A stretch of DNA of 64,000 nt, taken from Octopus sinensis. Lineage: Eukaryota. Below the pieces are notes generated by a model that ran no database searches, was not told where the DNA came from, and saw only the letters and a program-made list of their open reading frames with translations. The stretch is from NCBI RefSeq assembly GCF_006345805.1, contig NC_043011.1:18116464-18180463 (forward strand), given 5' to 3'. Each line of letters starts with the position of its first letter. Position 1 is the first letter of the stretch. Both the position numbers and the translations under genes were made by a program. Below are positions 48,987 through 62,586 of this stretch, one piece after another.

Positions 48987-49155
48987 TAGTGTATTTAGAG
49001 TAAGATAATTATGGCCGGTTCATAGGATTAACCAGGGTTTTGCGACCATAAAATGCATAGCATTATATACATCATGTATGTAGATCTAAGGGCTTTATGG
49101 ACATGAAAACTTGAGTAATCCTATGAACCGGCCATAACTATCTCTAAATACTCTA
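48987..49155. mobile_element. ~170-bp MITE-like element with ~40-bp TIRs
   Basis: TATTTAGAG..TTATGGCCGGTTCATAGGATTA / TAATCCTATGAACCGGCCATAA..CTCTAAATA; TA at both ends. Confidence 0.75.
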
Positions 49156-49236
49156 CACATCTATAACTTAAATCGTGCTTCTCTTTCAGATTTATCATTT
49201 ACTGATGATATATTTAAACCCGCACATACACATATA

Positions 49237-49282
<46 letters not shown>

Positions 49283-50634
49283 GGATATACATATATGGAT
49301 GTGCGTGTGTTTGTATGCATGTCTGTATGTATGTGAGAATGTATTTGTAAAAGTGTATGAATGCGCATGTGCGCACGTGTGGTGCATTTAGATCATAACT
49401 TTAAAACTTAAGCAGTACAAACACTAAGCTGAGTATTTAGTTATCCATGGGCGGGGGGAGTAAGAGGCAATCAACACAGTAAGAGAAAGGGAGGAAAACA
49501 AAACGAAATAATAAACACCGAGATAGTCGTCAGGTGTCAGTAATTACGAGAAGGCCATAAAATGAAAATGTGTGCGTGGTTTTCATAAATTGACGAAATT
49601 ACGCAAGAAGAATGAGAAAACAAAACACAACTTTCAGGTAAATATATACTAACATAAAACTGAAGTACACTCACTGACGCGTACTGGACTGGACAGGGAG
49701 AGAATTATATAGAACACTCCCTTCTTGCCAATATGAAACGGGGTTACTTGAAAGCAGTCGTTGAATCAGTACTTCTTTATGCCTGTATCAACACTGAGCA
49801 AGAGACTTCATAGAAAAGGAATGTTTCTTGCAATCCTCCAACTTCTTCGCGCTTATTAAGCTGTGAGTTTTACAATATCCAATATTATTTAAATAGAATG
49901 ATACAGTATTCCTACATTCAGTTCGGGAAAATGAGATAGAATACGTTACTGCCAGGAAAGCAATGGTATGCTATTCACGTTATTTCAGGGAAGCAATGGT
50001 AAATTATACTTATATATGGAAGGTTCAAAATTGCCCACAAAAGAAAAAACAATAAAATCGGGAGACGGAGACAGGTGAAGTAACATTGTATAAAGTGTAT
50101 TAGCTTGACGCTAATGGAAATATGGACGCTTCTTTGACTTTAAGAGCCTTCGCTATTCTACAGAAAAGAATGAGTAGAGAAAACTGGCGGAGAGAATAAA
50201 AAAAAAAGAGAGAAAATATGTCTGGATCAACGGTTGCATATGTTGAATTGACTGGCAGGAAATGGTTGGACACAAGAGTGCCAAGGGTGTGTGTATGTGA
50301 GGATAATATATGTCTCTATATATGTATGGACAAGCGCGAGTGTTTGAACGTGTGGACAATCATAAGCGTGATTATGAAGGTTACGTGATCTTGTGGCTGT
50401 ATGGGAGCAAATGTGTATGCATATGTCTATTTATGTGTGTGAGAAAACACATATAGTGCGGGTAGGTGGTGGAAAGATGTGCGCGCGTTTGCGCCGTGTA
50501 TTCATGGGTGTGTGTGTAGACCTGTGTATGTATATGTATTTGGCAGTGTGTGATGTTGTCTAACTTATGCATGAGTGAGGTTATCATAAGTATGTATATG
50601 TGTGGAGATGAGTTTAGCGGAAAGGTTATCTATC

Positions 50635-50665
<31 letters not shown>

Positions 50666-50859
50666 CTATATATCTGTCTGACTGTCTGCCTGTCTATCAA
50701 TCTGTCTATCTATATAGATCACTGAGTGTGAATGTATGTATATCTATGTGTGTGCGTGTGCGCGTGTGGGTGGGTGTGTGTACGGATATGCACGTATGCA
50801 TGTATAGGAATATGAAGTTCATGTCATTGAAGATGTAAATTACGAGTTGATAGATACTT

Positions 50860-52345
50860 TTTATTTATCTTTTTTTTTTATCTAGTTTCAGCTCACTTGC
50901 TGTGGCATTGCTACATGATTTTACTTCACGAATGCTTTTTAGCAATTGCCATTTGGTGCATGAGAGAGTTCGATGCAGGTGCCCTCATCTGCACCTCCTG
51001 CCGTGAAGTTGGTTCATCTGGGATACCTGACAAGAAGAGATCCAGTTTCATTTTAAAGACATCTACATCCACCCCAGATCTCTTAGGTTCTTCGGGAGGA
51101 TATTGAAGAGCTGTGGGCCTCGGAAGCTCAGGCTATCACAGTATCTTGTCCTACATCTTGATGGTAAATTTGGAGTCCTTGGTACTATGCAGTGGCACCC
51201 AGTTCTGGCATTTGTGTAACTCTCGATGCCAAAGTTTGGGACAAGTCCTTCTAGGATTTTCCAGATGTATATTATGGCATATCTTTCTCGCTTACGCTCT
51301 AAGGAATAGAGTCTCAATCTCTTGAGTCTTTCCTAATAGCTTATATGCTGCACAGAGGCTATCTTCTTCATGTAGCTTCGTTGGATCGCCTCAAGTTCTC
51401 TGATTAACTTGACACTGGATGGTGACCATAGCTGAGAGCAATAGTCAAAGTATCCTCCAGAGGACCATCATGGTTTCCTGGTCTCTTGTTCTGAAGGTTC
51501 TAAGAATCTATCCGGTCAGCCGCCTACATTTCAATGCCAATTTAGCAACATGGACATGAAAGGTTGCATCATCACTCATGTAAATACCCAGGTCTCGCAC
51601 TGATTGTGCCTCTGGAATTGCAGTCCCTCCAGGTCCAGTGTATTTATTGGGTATTGCATTTAGTTTTGCGTGCTGATAGCATAGAGCTTGAAACTTTTCA
51701 GCATTGAACTGCATGCTATTCTTTCCAGCCCACTTGTATATTTTGTCCAGCTCACATTGCAGTTGCTTAGTGTCTTCAGGGTTCTGTATTGCCTGTGAAA
51801 CTTTTGTATCATCTGCATAACTTGTGATCGTGGCTCTCTGTGTGGCTGAGGGCATGTCTGAGAGGGCTATTATGAACAGTAGTGGTCCCAAAACAGTGCC
51901 CTGCGGAACACCGCTCACTATTTGCGTGTTAGTGGAAGTTAGTGGCTACTACCACCTGACTTCTATCCTTCAGAAAGTCATGAAGCCACTTTCCCAATTT
52001 TCCAACTATGCCAAGATCACGCAGTTTGTGACATAGCATTCCATGATCGACTTTATCAAAGGCCTTTTCAAAGTCGAGATATATGACTTCCACATTTGAG
52101 TGGTTGAGCAGTCGTTTCAGCACCCAGTCATAGTGTTGTAGGAGCTGAGTTAAGCAGCTTCTTCCTTGTCGGAAACCATGTTGAGTGTCAGGCAGCAAGT
52201 CATTTTCTTCAAGGAAGGTGATTAGTTTCCTTCTGACTATTCGTTCCATGACCTTGCTGATGTGTGAGGTCAGAGAGATAGGTCTGTAGTCCTTGGCTTC
52301 CGCTCTGCTACCTCCTTTATGAATAGGGCATATTTTAGCTTCCTT
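50860..52345 (-). mobile_element. CR1-like LINE, 5'-truncated RT to 3' end, frameshifted
   Basis: QHGFRQGRSCLTQL, YLDFEKAFDKVDH, SGVPQGTVLGPLLF, YADDTK, LYSLERKRERY, FKMKLDLFLSGIPDEP. Confidence 0.92.
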
Positions 52346-52423
52346 CAGTTTTCTTGGAGGAAGGTAAAATATGCCCTATTCATAAAGGAGGTAGCAGAGC
52401 GGAGGCCAAGAACTACAGACCTA
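52279..52423. repeat. Foldback duplication at the LINE 5' end (66-bp arms, 3 mismatches)
   Basis: 52279-52344 is the reverse complement of 52358-52423. Confidence 0.9.
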
Positions 52424-52433
52424 CAGGCCAAGA

Positions 52434-52514
<81 letters not shown>

Positions 52515-52649
52515 TGTAATTTGCGACATGATGAAACTTTGGTGGATTCACTGGGTAAGGGAATCTCGCTTTTCTAAGACTAGTAACATCTAACGATCCC
52601 AGCAAACAAGTTCCGGCCCATCATTATGTAACATGCTACATGTGTGCCG

Positions 52650-52733
52650 GCGTGTACCACGCATACATATATATACATATCTATCTATCTATTAATCTAT
52701 CTATCTATCTATCTATCCATCTATTCATCTCTA

Positions 52734-52793
<60 letters not shown>

Positions 52794-52870
52794 TATATTA
52801 AATATATATATATAGATATATTATATATAATATATAATATATATTTATTTTATTATATATATATTATATT

Positions 52871-52908
<38 letters not shown>

Positions 52909-52910
52909 TT

Positions 52911-52942
<32 letters not shown>

Positions 52943-52987
52943 TTTATATATATATATATAGATATATTATAATATATATATATATTA

Positions 52988-53026
<39 letters not shown>

Positions 53027-53092
53027 ATATATATATATATATAATATTTTATTTTTATATATATATATATTTATTTTATATATATATATATA
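52650..53092. repeat. Long degenerate (TA)-rich low-complexity tract with (TATC)n and (TC)n
   Basis: Direct reading. Confidence 0.9.
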
Positions 53093-53201
53093 TTTATAGA
53101 AGGAGCTTCTACAGGACTAGAACTGTTTCATTCAAATGAGATCATCGGATGATTTCATTTGAATGAAACAGTTCTAGTCCTATAGAAGCTCCTTCTATAA
53201 A
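53093..53201. repeat. 109-bp near-perfect palindrome (54-bp arms, 1-nt centre) on an HHR-like core
   Basis: tttatagaaggagcttctacaggactagaactgtttcattcaaatgagatcatc-g-gatgatttcatttgaatgaaacagttctagtcctatagaagctccttctataaa. Confidence 0.93.
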
Positions 53202-53275
53202 ATAAATTAATTTACTCTGCCATGTATTGAGTACCTTATTTACTGTGGTTAACCCCGACTCAACCCGGGACCTAC

Positions 53276-53312
<37 letters not shown>

Positions 53313-54004
53313 GGAAACAAAACCAAGGTAGAAAATGTGCTAAAATAATTTTATAAAAAAACATTTCAGTACAGGTTTCGGTCATTGAGATTTTTTGAAC
53401 TCTGAGTATGGAAAACAATTAAATTTTGTAAAAATTAAATGAAAAGTTTTTTAAAAGAATATTTGCATAGTATTTAAATACAAGGGGCCTGTTCCTTGTT
53501 TCTGCTTGTCTCTGTTTCTCTTGTTTACACGTGGGTTCGAGGCCGTAGTGAATTCTTGGCAGAAAGAAGAGGGAGTTGAAGGGGAAGGAGAAGAAGAAAA
53601 AGAAGAAGAATGCAAGTGTGCTCTGATGCTAGTAAGGTGTAAAATGGTCAAGTGGCCTGATAGTGTCTTGTTGTGGGTGGTAGTAGTGATGGAATTCTTG
53701 AGATATACATATTTACATATATTTTTTATACATATTTGTATATTTTTAATACAACAATTATTTTTCACACGTGTATATTTTTCTGAGGTGTTTTCTGATA
53801 TTGGTTTCCTGATATTAATAATAATATATCATTAATATATATAATCGCTCGTATTAAATATATAAATACTTTAATAGTATTAATACTTTGATACAATAGT
53901 GCACTCAATATAAATTCACTATATAATATTCTCATTGAATATATTCAACTAAAGATTTATATATATATATATATATATATACATATGTGTGTTTGTGCTT
54001 GTGT

Positions 54005-54215
54005 GTCTGTGTCTGTGTGACTGTGTTTGTCCTGCCAAACTCATTTGACAACCGATGTTGGTGTGTTTACACTTCCGCACGTTAGCTTTTCTGGAAAAAA
54101 AAACCCTACAAAATAAGTACTTGGCTTTCAAAGAATTACTCCTGAGTTCGATTTGTTCCGCTAAAGGCGGTATTCCAGCATGGCCACAGACAAATGCCTG
54201 ATACAAATAAAAGAA
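54005..54215 (+). mobile_element. SINE family A 3' module only
   Basis: tgacaaccgatgttggtgtgtttac..ccagcatggccacag. Confidence 0.75.
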
Positions 54216-54216
54216 C

Positions 54217-54288
<72 letters not shown>

Positions 54289-54826
54289 AACCAATAGCCT
54301 TCAGGAATTGATACCATAAGATCACGACAATCAAACTGTAACTCAATATATTCGTCTTCCTATGTCATTACGAATTACAAGTAGATTGAGGTGTTTAAAA
54401 ACTGTTTAAATATGCTACCATTCACGGATCAATGCGCATTTTGCTGTGAATTCTAATAATTCTAACGTCCCGTTTTCTTATCTTAATGTATCATAATCTT
54501 GTATCACATTTCAAGAATTTCCCTTGAGAATGCAAATGTGCGTTCCTTGCATTAAAGACACCGTTTAGTAGAGAGAATATTTTTAATGACTTGAAGTAAA
54601 TTAATATCTAATTAAGAGGAAATAATGGCATTAAAATGGTTGAGTAATTTAAATTATGTAATAGATTACATTTAAATCCACTTGAACAGGTTTATAGGAT
54701 TTCAGAATTATTCGTTTACGAATTTCTTAATTACTTATACTACATTACATTTAAAATGACATATTTATATGCATGTACGTATGTATGTATGCATGTATGT
54801 TTCCAAGTGTGTAATTGTATATACAT

Positions 54827-54870
<44 letters not shown>

Positions 54871-54887
54871 TTGCAAATATAGATATA

Positions 54888-55200
54888 GGCGCAGGAGTGG
54901 CTGTATGGTAAGTAGCTTCCTTACTAACCACATGCTTCTGTTTTCAGTCCCATTGCGTGGCACTTTTGGCAAGTGTCTTCTACTATAGTCTCGGGCCACC
55001 TAAACCTTTGTGAGTGGATTTGGTAGATGGAAACTAAAAGAAGCCCCGTCTTATGTGCACATATATATATGAGTTAGCGTTTCGTCAAAACAGGCCAATA
55101 ACTTAGTACTACGTTTACAAAAAATATGTCCTGGGATTGGCTTGTTCGACTAAATGTGGTGCTCCAGCATGGCCGCAGTCAAATTACTGAAACAAATAAA
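54888..55200 (+). mobile_element. SINE family A copy
   Basis: ggcgcaggagtggctgtatgg head; gctccagcatggccgcagtc tail. Confidence 0.85.
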
Positions 55201-57159
55201 GGAATACACACACATACACGCACACACACACGCACACACACACACGTATATATATATATATATTGGTATACACCCATAATGTGTATGTGCTTGCTTGTGT
55301 GTAACGTATGTGTGTTTTGTACGTAGCATTTGAATTGTGCTTTTTCACATGTTGTGTGCACAGGTATATGTGTGTGAGTGTCTCTGTGACAAAATAGTGT
55401 GTATATGTATGGTGTATGTATAATCCTTTGTGCATGTGTGTGTGTATATGCGCATATAAACATGTGCGGGTGTGTACATATATGGGCGTGTGTGTGTGTG
55501 TGTGCGTGTGCGTGCATAAGGGTATGCCTGTATATGAACGTTGTTTACTCTTCGTATATTTCCTTATGCTTTTTGTCTGTATTGTTACCCTTAACCATGT
55601 CTTTTCTTGTACCTGTGCGTATGTAGATGTATGTATAAAAATTTACGGTGTGCGTGTGTGTGTATGAGTTTGTATATATATTGGCATATACATTTGCCGA
55701 AAAATGCGAGTGAAGATGTGTACATTTTCATAGTGATCAATACGAACACAGGTGGGTGCGCGAGCGCACATGTGTGCATATGGGCAGACATGCGTACGTG
55801 TTTACTATGAACTTTCAACCTTATTTTAATTAGCGGTCATTGAATTAGCACTTTTATATGAGTAGCGGATATAACACAGTAATTTCGTTTTGCATAACGG
55901 TCTTTTTTCAATGCGTTTTTCAGATGGCCAGATAACCGAAGAGAAGGTGTTGTGGATTTCCACCTCGACATCCGAAACTCAAAGTTTTATCTTGGCTATT
56001 GAATAATTGTCACATATTTTTTTAGAAATAAATGTCCTCTGTTTACATAATATTGAGGTCTCTTTCTTTCTTTTGTTATCTTACCGTTTTTACCAATATA
56101 TATATATACATATATATATATAAATAACTTAGCTATAAAATCTTTCCTCCCTACAAAGCAGAATCTTTAGTGATATTGCGATAAGACGAAGAGAAAAAAG
56201 CAGATATTCAGAATATGGAGAAAATATTCTGGCTTCTGAGTAAATGCGGAAGATACGCTGGAAGGCAGATTACTCTCATATACATACCCACGGACACACA
56301 CGCGCGCACATACACACACACAAGAAATCTTACAAAATGTATTTATATAAACCAATTTGAGGTATCACCAAGATATAAACAGACATTTCTATGCACACAT
56401 ACGGAATATTCACATACTAAGTCAATGTACATAATGTAAGCAGGAAACTATTTCTTCAATTTCACTGTCTATTTACTCAAATACATTGGTTGTGGTAGTT
56501 GTTTATTGTCGTCCTACGACGTGTTATTATCGTGAGTATAAGAGCTCGGTGGATAATTACTATGATTTACATTGTTAATTCTAGGGTTCAGATAATTAGA
56601 GTATGGAGTATTTAGATATTTAGTGTTCAATCTAGTTATGTACTCGGCAATATTTTTATATGAGTTGACTAGCTTCACAGTGTTTGCGTATTGCTATTCA
56701 CCTAAATACGTCTACTCAATCAAATACATTTTCTCTAAGAAGCCTGTCCCTTTTCCTTAATCTTTAAACCCCTGCTTCACCTATTTGCTTTCTTCTCCTG
56801 ATTTTTCATTCTATTTATACATTTATTTATTTAATTATTTATATTATTCTCTAACGTTCAGCAAATGACATATTCAGTTAAATACTGCGGTATTATCAGC
56901 TAACACTTTAGAAAGCAACTATTTATAATAAACTTATCCATTCTTTTCTCTTATTTCCCAATTTTTCCTGTTTATATTTTATCTAAATTATTTATCTAAA
57001 TTCTTCCTGAATTTGAATTAATCTACTTTCAACGTTTCATAAATATACTGCATAAAAAAGTAATTCTAGTACTTATAAAGAGTGAAGTTTGTCAAATACA
57101 TTTGTTCTCTGTGAGAATATAGTAAACGTAATATGTAATGTTATCCGAGTCAAAGAACA

Positions 57160-57500
57160 ATTATATTCATGGGTATATATATATATATATATAAGGTTAT
57201 CAGTAACAATAAAGGGTGAAATTAATTAATTTGGAATAATTATCAATTATATATATATATATACAATAATATGTTACATTACTCGATAGTCAAGATAAAA
57301 CTCTGAGTTTCAGATGCCGAAGTGGGCATCCAGACAAAGAATTACAAACATGAAAATACATCAACACGCGAGGACATGGTACGAGTATTATCAGACGCTC
57401 AAGAAAGGGAAGAAATAGGATTTAACGTTTCGAGCTCTTCTTCGGAAATAGAGGTAAGTTCAAAAAAAGGGAAGACGGAGGAAGACGATCGCCAACGATT
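57160..57500 (-). mobile_element. pLTR-like repeat related to family D with decayed minimal HHR
   Basis: Reverse strand ATTT-CCGAAGA-A-GAGCTC-GAAAC-GTT-AAAT (57449-57420); distal part also matches ~55960-56010. Confidence 0.6.
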
Positions 57501-57520
57501 AACCTGTAGTTACATTTTGA

Positions 57521-57608
<88 letters not shown>

Positions 57609-58724
57609 ATTCTGTCGCGCTAGATTTTTGTACATATAGGTATCTGCCTATACGTGGGTGTGTAGTGGAACTAAATTTTGATTGGTTGACGGATTTTACG
57701 AGTCACTCTTTAAATTATATAATGGTAGTGGAAAGAGATTAAAAGAGAGAAAAAAAGAAAATGTACATACGAATCGACTGCGCAATTCTGGTTCGGTGGT
57801 AGGCAATGTGTTAATGAAGCTACATGCACACATATATTCATCAAGATATCTTCAGAGAGAAATAGGATATGGGCAAATTGTAAAATTTTAGAGAAGTGGA
57901 AAAGTATTATTATCTGAGAAAGCAGTGAGATAGAGATGAATAAAATTGAAAAGGCATTAGTTCAGAAGTGAATAAATAATAATACGTAAAGTGATATAGT
58001 AGAAAACCATGTTATATTACTAGGTAGATGAAATAACGAGAAATAATGAAAAAAAGTGAGTAGAATAGAAAATACACTGACCATAATAAGTTTAAGACTG
58101 ATGATGAGAGTTCTATTCCTTCATTAATTTATTTTTAAGAAAACTGTATAAAATTATTTTACTCTCTACATCTTATGTAGAATTTCTTTCTCTTTCGAAT
58201 GATATAGGCGTTATATATCTTTCTACAATTTTAATAATTCTAATGAATAATTAATTCAAATGATTAAACATTGTCGGCAAAATAAGTTTAAGACCGTACC
58301 AACATTGAAACTATATGGTACAAATAATCAACGAGCAAACATTTATCTTTAGTATATAGTTATAAAATATAATATAGCCATTATTTTCAATTTACCGCCT
58401 TAAAACGGCGGGACATGTATTTCGAAAAATAAGCTCGAAATCATTTGGAATGTTCTGCCGTATTTCATGAATCAAATTATATATATTTCGGACAAATTTG
58501 TTGGGGTGTTTGTAGCATTAACTCTTTTAGACAATTAATTCCATAAATTTTCTATCGGATTCAAATCCGGGCTCTGAGGAAGCCGCTCAATAATCATCAT
58601 ATTATTGCACTCACAATATTGCAAAAATTTCCTAACCTTATCAACAGAGCATTAGCCTGCAGGAAAAGAAATCCCAGTGACATCTAATTATTTACATTTT
58701 GTTGCACATTTTCATTTACTAGTT

Positions 58725-59697
58725 GCAGATAGCCTACATTGTTCAGCCTGCTATCAGCAATCTTAACAATTGGACCAACATCTGAGCTGCTGAACGTGGC
58801 CCAAACCATTACTCCCCACCTCACACATGCGCCGTTTTCTTGACATATTTAGGACGGAATTCTTCAGTTGGACAGGGTCGAACATAAGACCTTCCACCTG
58901 ATCCAAAGATGCAGAAGCAAGATTCGTCGCTCTATAGAACTTTATAGCAGTTTTCGACCGTCCATTCAATATGGATTTTAGCAAACTTGATATGCTTCCA
59001 CCGGTTCGTCTAAAAGAAGGATCGACGTCTTTCGAGCGATCCAGCCGAACATTCCAAATTATTTTAGGCGATTTCTGACAGTTTGTGGTGTACAGCCGAT
59101 GTCAGTTTCATCTGATAATTGCTTGCAAATGTCCATTACTGCTGGTAGTATTCGGTTACCTTCAGGGAGTCAATGAAATCGCTGATCCGTCTGTACTGTT
59201 GTTTTTCTCAGAGAACCCATTCTTTGCCGTTCTCTGTCTTGGCCAATGGCATGCTAAAGCTTCCATGCCTGAACACAAACAATTTTGCTGCATCCTAGTT
59301 GCTTGCTAATGATCATGAAGAGCACATTTTGCTGGTGAAGCAACACGATATTTGATCTAGTAACTGGGCTTTCCCGTAGAGAATAAATGTGTAAGAATGC
59401 TCAATTATTAAACAAAAGTGTAGTACGACCTGACATATAACCACCCTTTGGTGTATAAATTTGTATAATATTGGTACAGTCTGAAACGTATTTTGCCGAA
59501 AATTTCTAATCATGTGAATTAATTGCTCATTAAAATTATTCAAATTGTAGACAGATATATGACGCCTATATCATTCGAAAGAGAAAAAACGTTATACTTA
59601 AACTGTAACAAATAAAATATTTTATACAGCTTTGTTAAAAATGTATTAATACAGGAATAGAACTGTCATCATCGTCTTAAAGTTATTTTGGCCACTG
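58725..59697 (-). mobile_element. Tc1-family transposon, 5' half with left TIR
   Basis: TIR-like (TA)CAGTGGCCAAAATAAC at 59697; HTH ISKQLGCSK, TVRNRLK, *SDESCF (first D), GGGVMVWATFS. Confidence 0.8.
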
Positions 59698-60439
59698 TAG
59701 ATATAGGAGACTAGACTAGGTAGACAAGATGATGTCTATAACAGAGAAAAAAGGCGTAAGGGAGAACTTTAAACAGAGAAAAGAGGTGGTCTGCTCTAGA
59801 ATTATTAAGCAAGAAATTCAAGCATATAACGTTTGGAAAATTATTTCAAAAGCAATAACAATTATTAATGGAATAGTAGATTTATGAAACACATAGGTAT
59901 ATGTAGAGTTCAAAGTTTAAAACAATGTTTTATATCCGGCTCTATAGAATTGTGTATTATTGGGACGAATATAGATAAATGAATATATGTTCGTCATGTG
60001 TAATGATAAAAATGTTCACATTAGCTAAATTGAGAATAAATACGGATACATTCAGAAAAGAAAAGCTCTGTGGACGCGTGTATAAATAAAGATTCACAAT
60101 ATATTTCAAATGCTCTAAAAAATATACAGACACACCAATACAGATGCACGCATAAATTCACACAAATATAACACTCTCGAACACAGACGTACGCATAATT
60201 CCAGACTAACATACCTATATTTATCTATATGTATATAAATTTGAATGCAATAAGTATTTATATATTCTTTTCAAAATTTTTTTTGTTCATTCCTCTGTAT
60301 AAGTAGCAACGTTTTGAATACAAGTTGAATTATAAAGAACATATGCAAACCATTTCCTCATATCGCCCAAGGTACTGAGCATATTTTTACAAAGTAAACA
60401 TTTGCAAAAATTCGTATGAAATTTTAATCCCAATTAAAC

Positions 60440-60557
<118 letters not shown>

Positions 60558-60584
60558 TATTATATATATATATTACATATATAT

Positions 60585-60650
60585 ACAGTTAAACTAATAC
60601 ATCTGTTTGTTGTCTACACCACCTGTCTTCGTCTTGTGTCTTTTGTGAAT

Positions 60651-60660
<10 letters not shown>
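60585..60660 (+). mobile_element. Family D 3' fragment flanked by (TA)n
   Basis: actaatacatctgtttgttg..acaccacctgtcttcgtc also at 41797-41838. Confidence 0.7.
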
Positions 60661-60720
<60 letters not shown>

Positions 60721-60959
60721 TTCATTAAATTTTAGATGCAGATGAATATGGTACTTAAGTTAAAGGTAACAAAATTTAGTATGGTATTATCCATATGATT
60801 TAAAATAAGGTGATTATAATCAAAAGAAGCATCAAGGATATCCATAAGTAACGCAGTACGATCGTTTCATGCGACTCCATTTAATTGAACAATGCAAACA
60901 TTACATCAATTTAAAATGTAGACCAATCTTCAGCTATATAAAAATATAGAATTTAGTTA

Positions 60960-62400
60960 AATTCGAAGGACTTATTTGTATAATTTTATACAAACTCACC
61001 AAGATGTTTTACCAATAATATCTCAATTGTAAATGAGATTTTTTTCCAAAAAAGACACTGCTTATCAGTGATTCTTTCTGTTATTTAGATTTACTTATGG
61101 AGGTGGGGTTCAGTTTTAATTTATAGGCTACTTTATCAAATCTGAGAGAAGATAGAATCTAGTATCATTTAACTGCCTGAATTAAGATGTAACTAATTTA
61201 TAATTTATAATACATTTGTTCTCTCATCTAAATGATATTCTAAATAATTTCAGTGATACAATTTTTTCATCCGTTTTTCTTAAAATGTCTCACACCACTA
61301 ATTTTGATATTTATATTGATTTTAAATAGCCCCTCCAAATATGAACTTTTTAGAAACTAAAATATTACTTATATCTCCACATAACTTTTAATTTAAACTA
61401 GATAAATAAATTAAATTTTAATTAAATCAGTATATAGTGGACGTGTTTTTTAACCTCCGTTACCCTTATTAAATATTAAATATTAGTTAAATCCATTTGA
61501 TCAATCCCCACAGAAATCTTATAATAAGTAAAGTTTTTAGATAAGTTATAAAGTATGCAAACATTAATCTATTTCTATTTCTTTAAATTTCTATTTATTT
61601 TTCGTTGCATTTTTCTTTTACCCCACCCCCATTGTATTTAAAGGTTTTTGATATATAAGTCAATAGTGGTATCCGGTTTGTTAAAAGCTTCATTCTAAAT
61701 CATCTTCTAAGTTACCCTAATTAATATTTTATAACCTTATACAGCATGATAACATTGTTTGATAAGTTTTTGAAGGAATTACTTGATTTCTCTTTCTCTC
61801 AAATAGCCCTACCCTCCTGAACTTAGTATCTATAAAGAGCTTTATATAAATAGCATTTCTAAATAAGTAACAATTTGAAAATATAAATATCATGTACGAT
61901 TTAATAATAACAATTTCTTAATCCTATAACAAAACCCTTAATTTTATAAAAAGATTCGTTGGTAATAAAATGGTTGTTCCATAACTTGATTATTTCTTTA
62001 ACCGACATTAAACATCGGTCTTTTATAGATATTTTTGTGACAAGTAAATATAACTTTTAGTCTAACATTTTGAATTATTAATTTTTTCTACCTATTTTCT
62101 TACCTATTGATGTAAATCAACTAAATATACCTTACCGTAGTTTTTATATATAAACCATTTTACCCCTTTTCTATAATGTTCTACAATTGATTATATATTT
62201 TTTATTGTATTTTAAATCTAGCTCGTATTTATTTATTTACAAAAATTACTCTTAGTCATATATCTCTATAAATTTCATACTCAGCTTATATAAAACTATG
62301 CTGGTATATTCAATATTTAAAATTTAAAAAATATGCTTAGACTAAATTTGTTACTATTTAATATATAAATTTTAACGTATTCCTTTAAATTAATTTTCAT
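60960..62400 (-). mobile_element. Highly degenerate Penelope-like element remnant
   Basis: Frameshifted FLTNG(Y) thumb-like and RHF.KRMK GIY-YIG-like fragments; extremely AT-rich. Confidence 0.35.
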
Positions 62401-62421
62401 TTATTAATACCAATAAATACC

Positions 62422-62586
62422 TATTTCTTTATTACCCACAAAGGGCTAAACCCAGAGAGGACAAACAACGACAGAGAAACGGATCAAATCGATTATATCG
62501 TCCCCAGTGCATAACTGGTACTTATTTAATCGACCCCGAAAGGATGAAAGGTAATGTCGACCTCGGCGGAATTTGAACTCACAACG
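62422..62586 (-). mobile_element. SINE family B, 5'-truncated, 17-bp TSD
   Basis: TSD TAATACCAATAAATACC at 62405-62421 and 62587-62603. Confidence 0.9.

Noticed and set aside
49735-49810. LKAVVESVLLYAC, an RTE-like post-RT motif
   Set aside because: Probably real debris but too short to delimit as a feature
55915-55950. ttttcag-ATGGCCAGATAACCGAAGAGAAG-gt micro-exon candidate
   Set aside because: Weak donor, adjacent to repeat sequence, no supporting neighbouring exons
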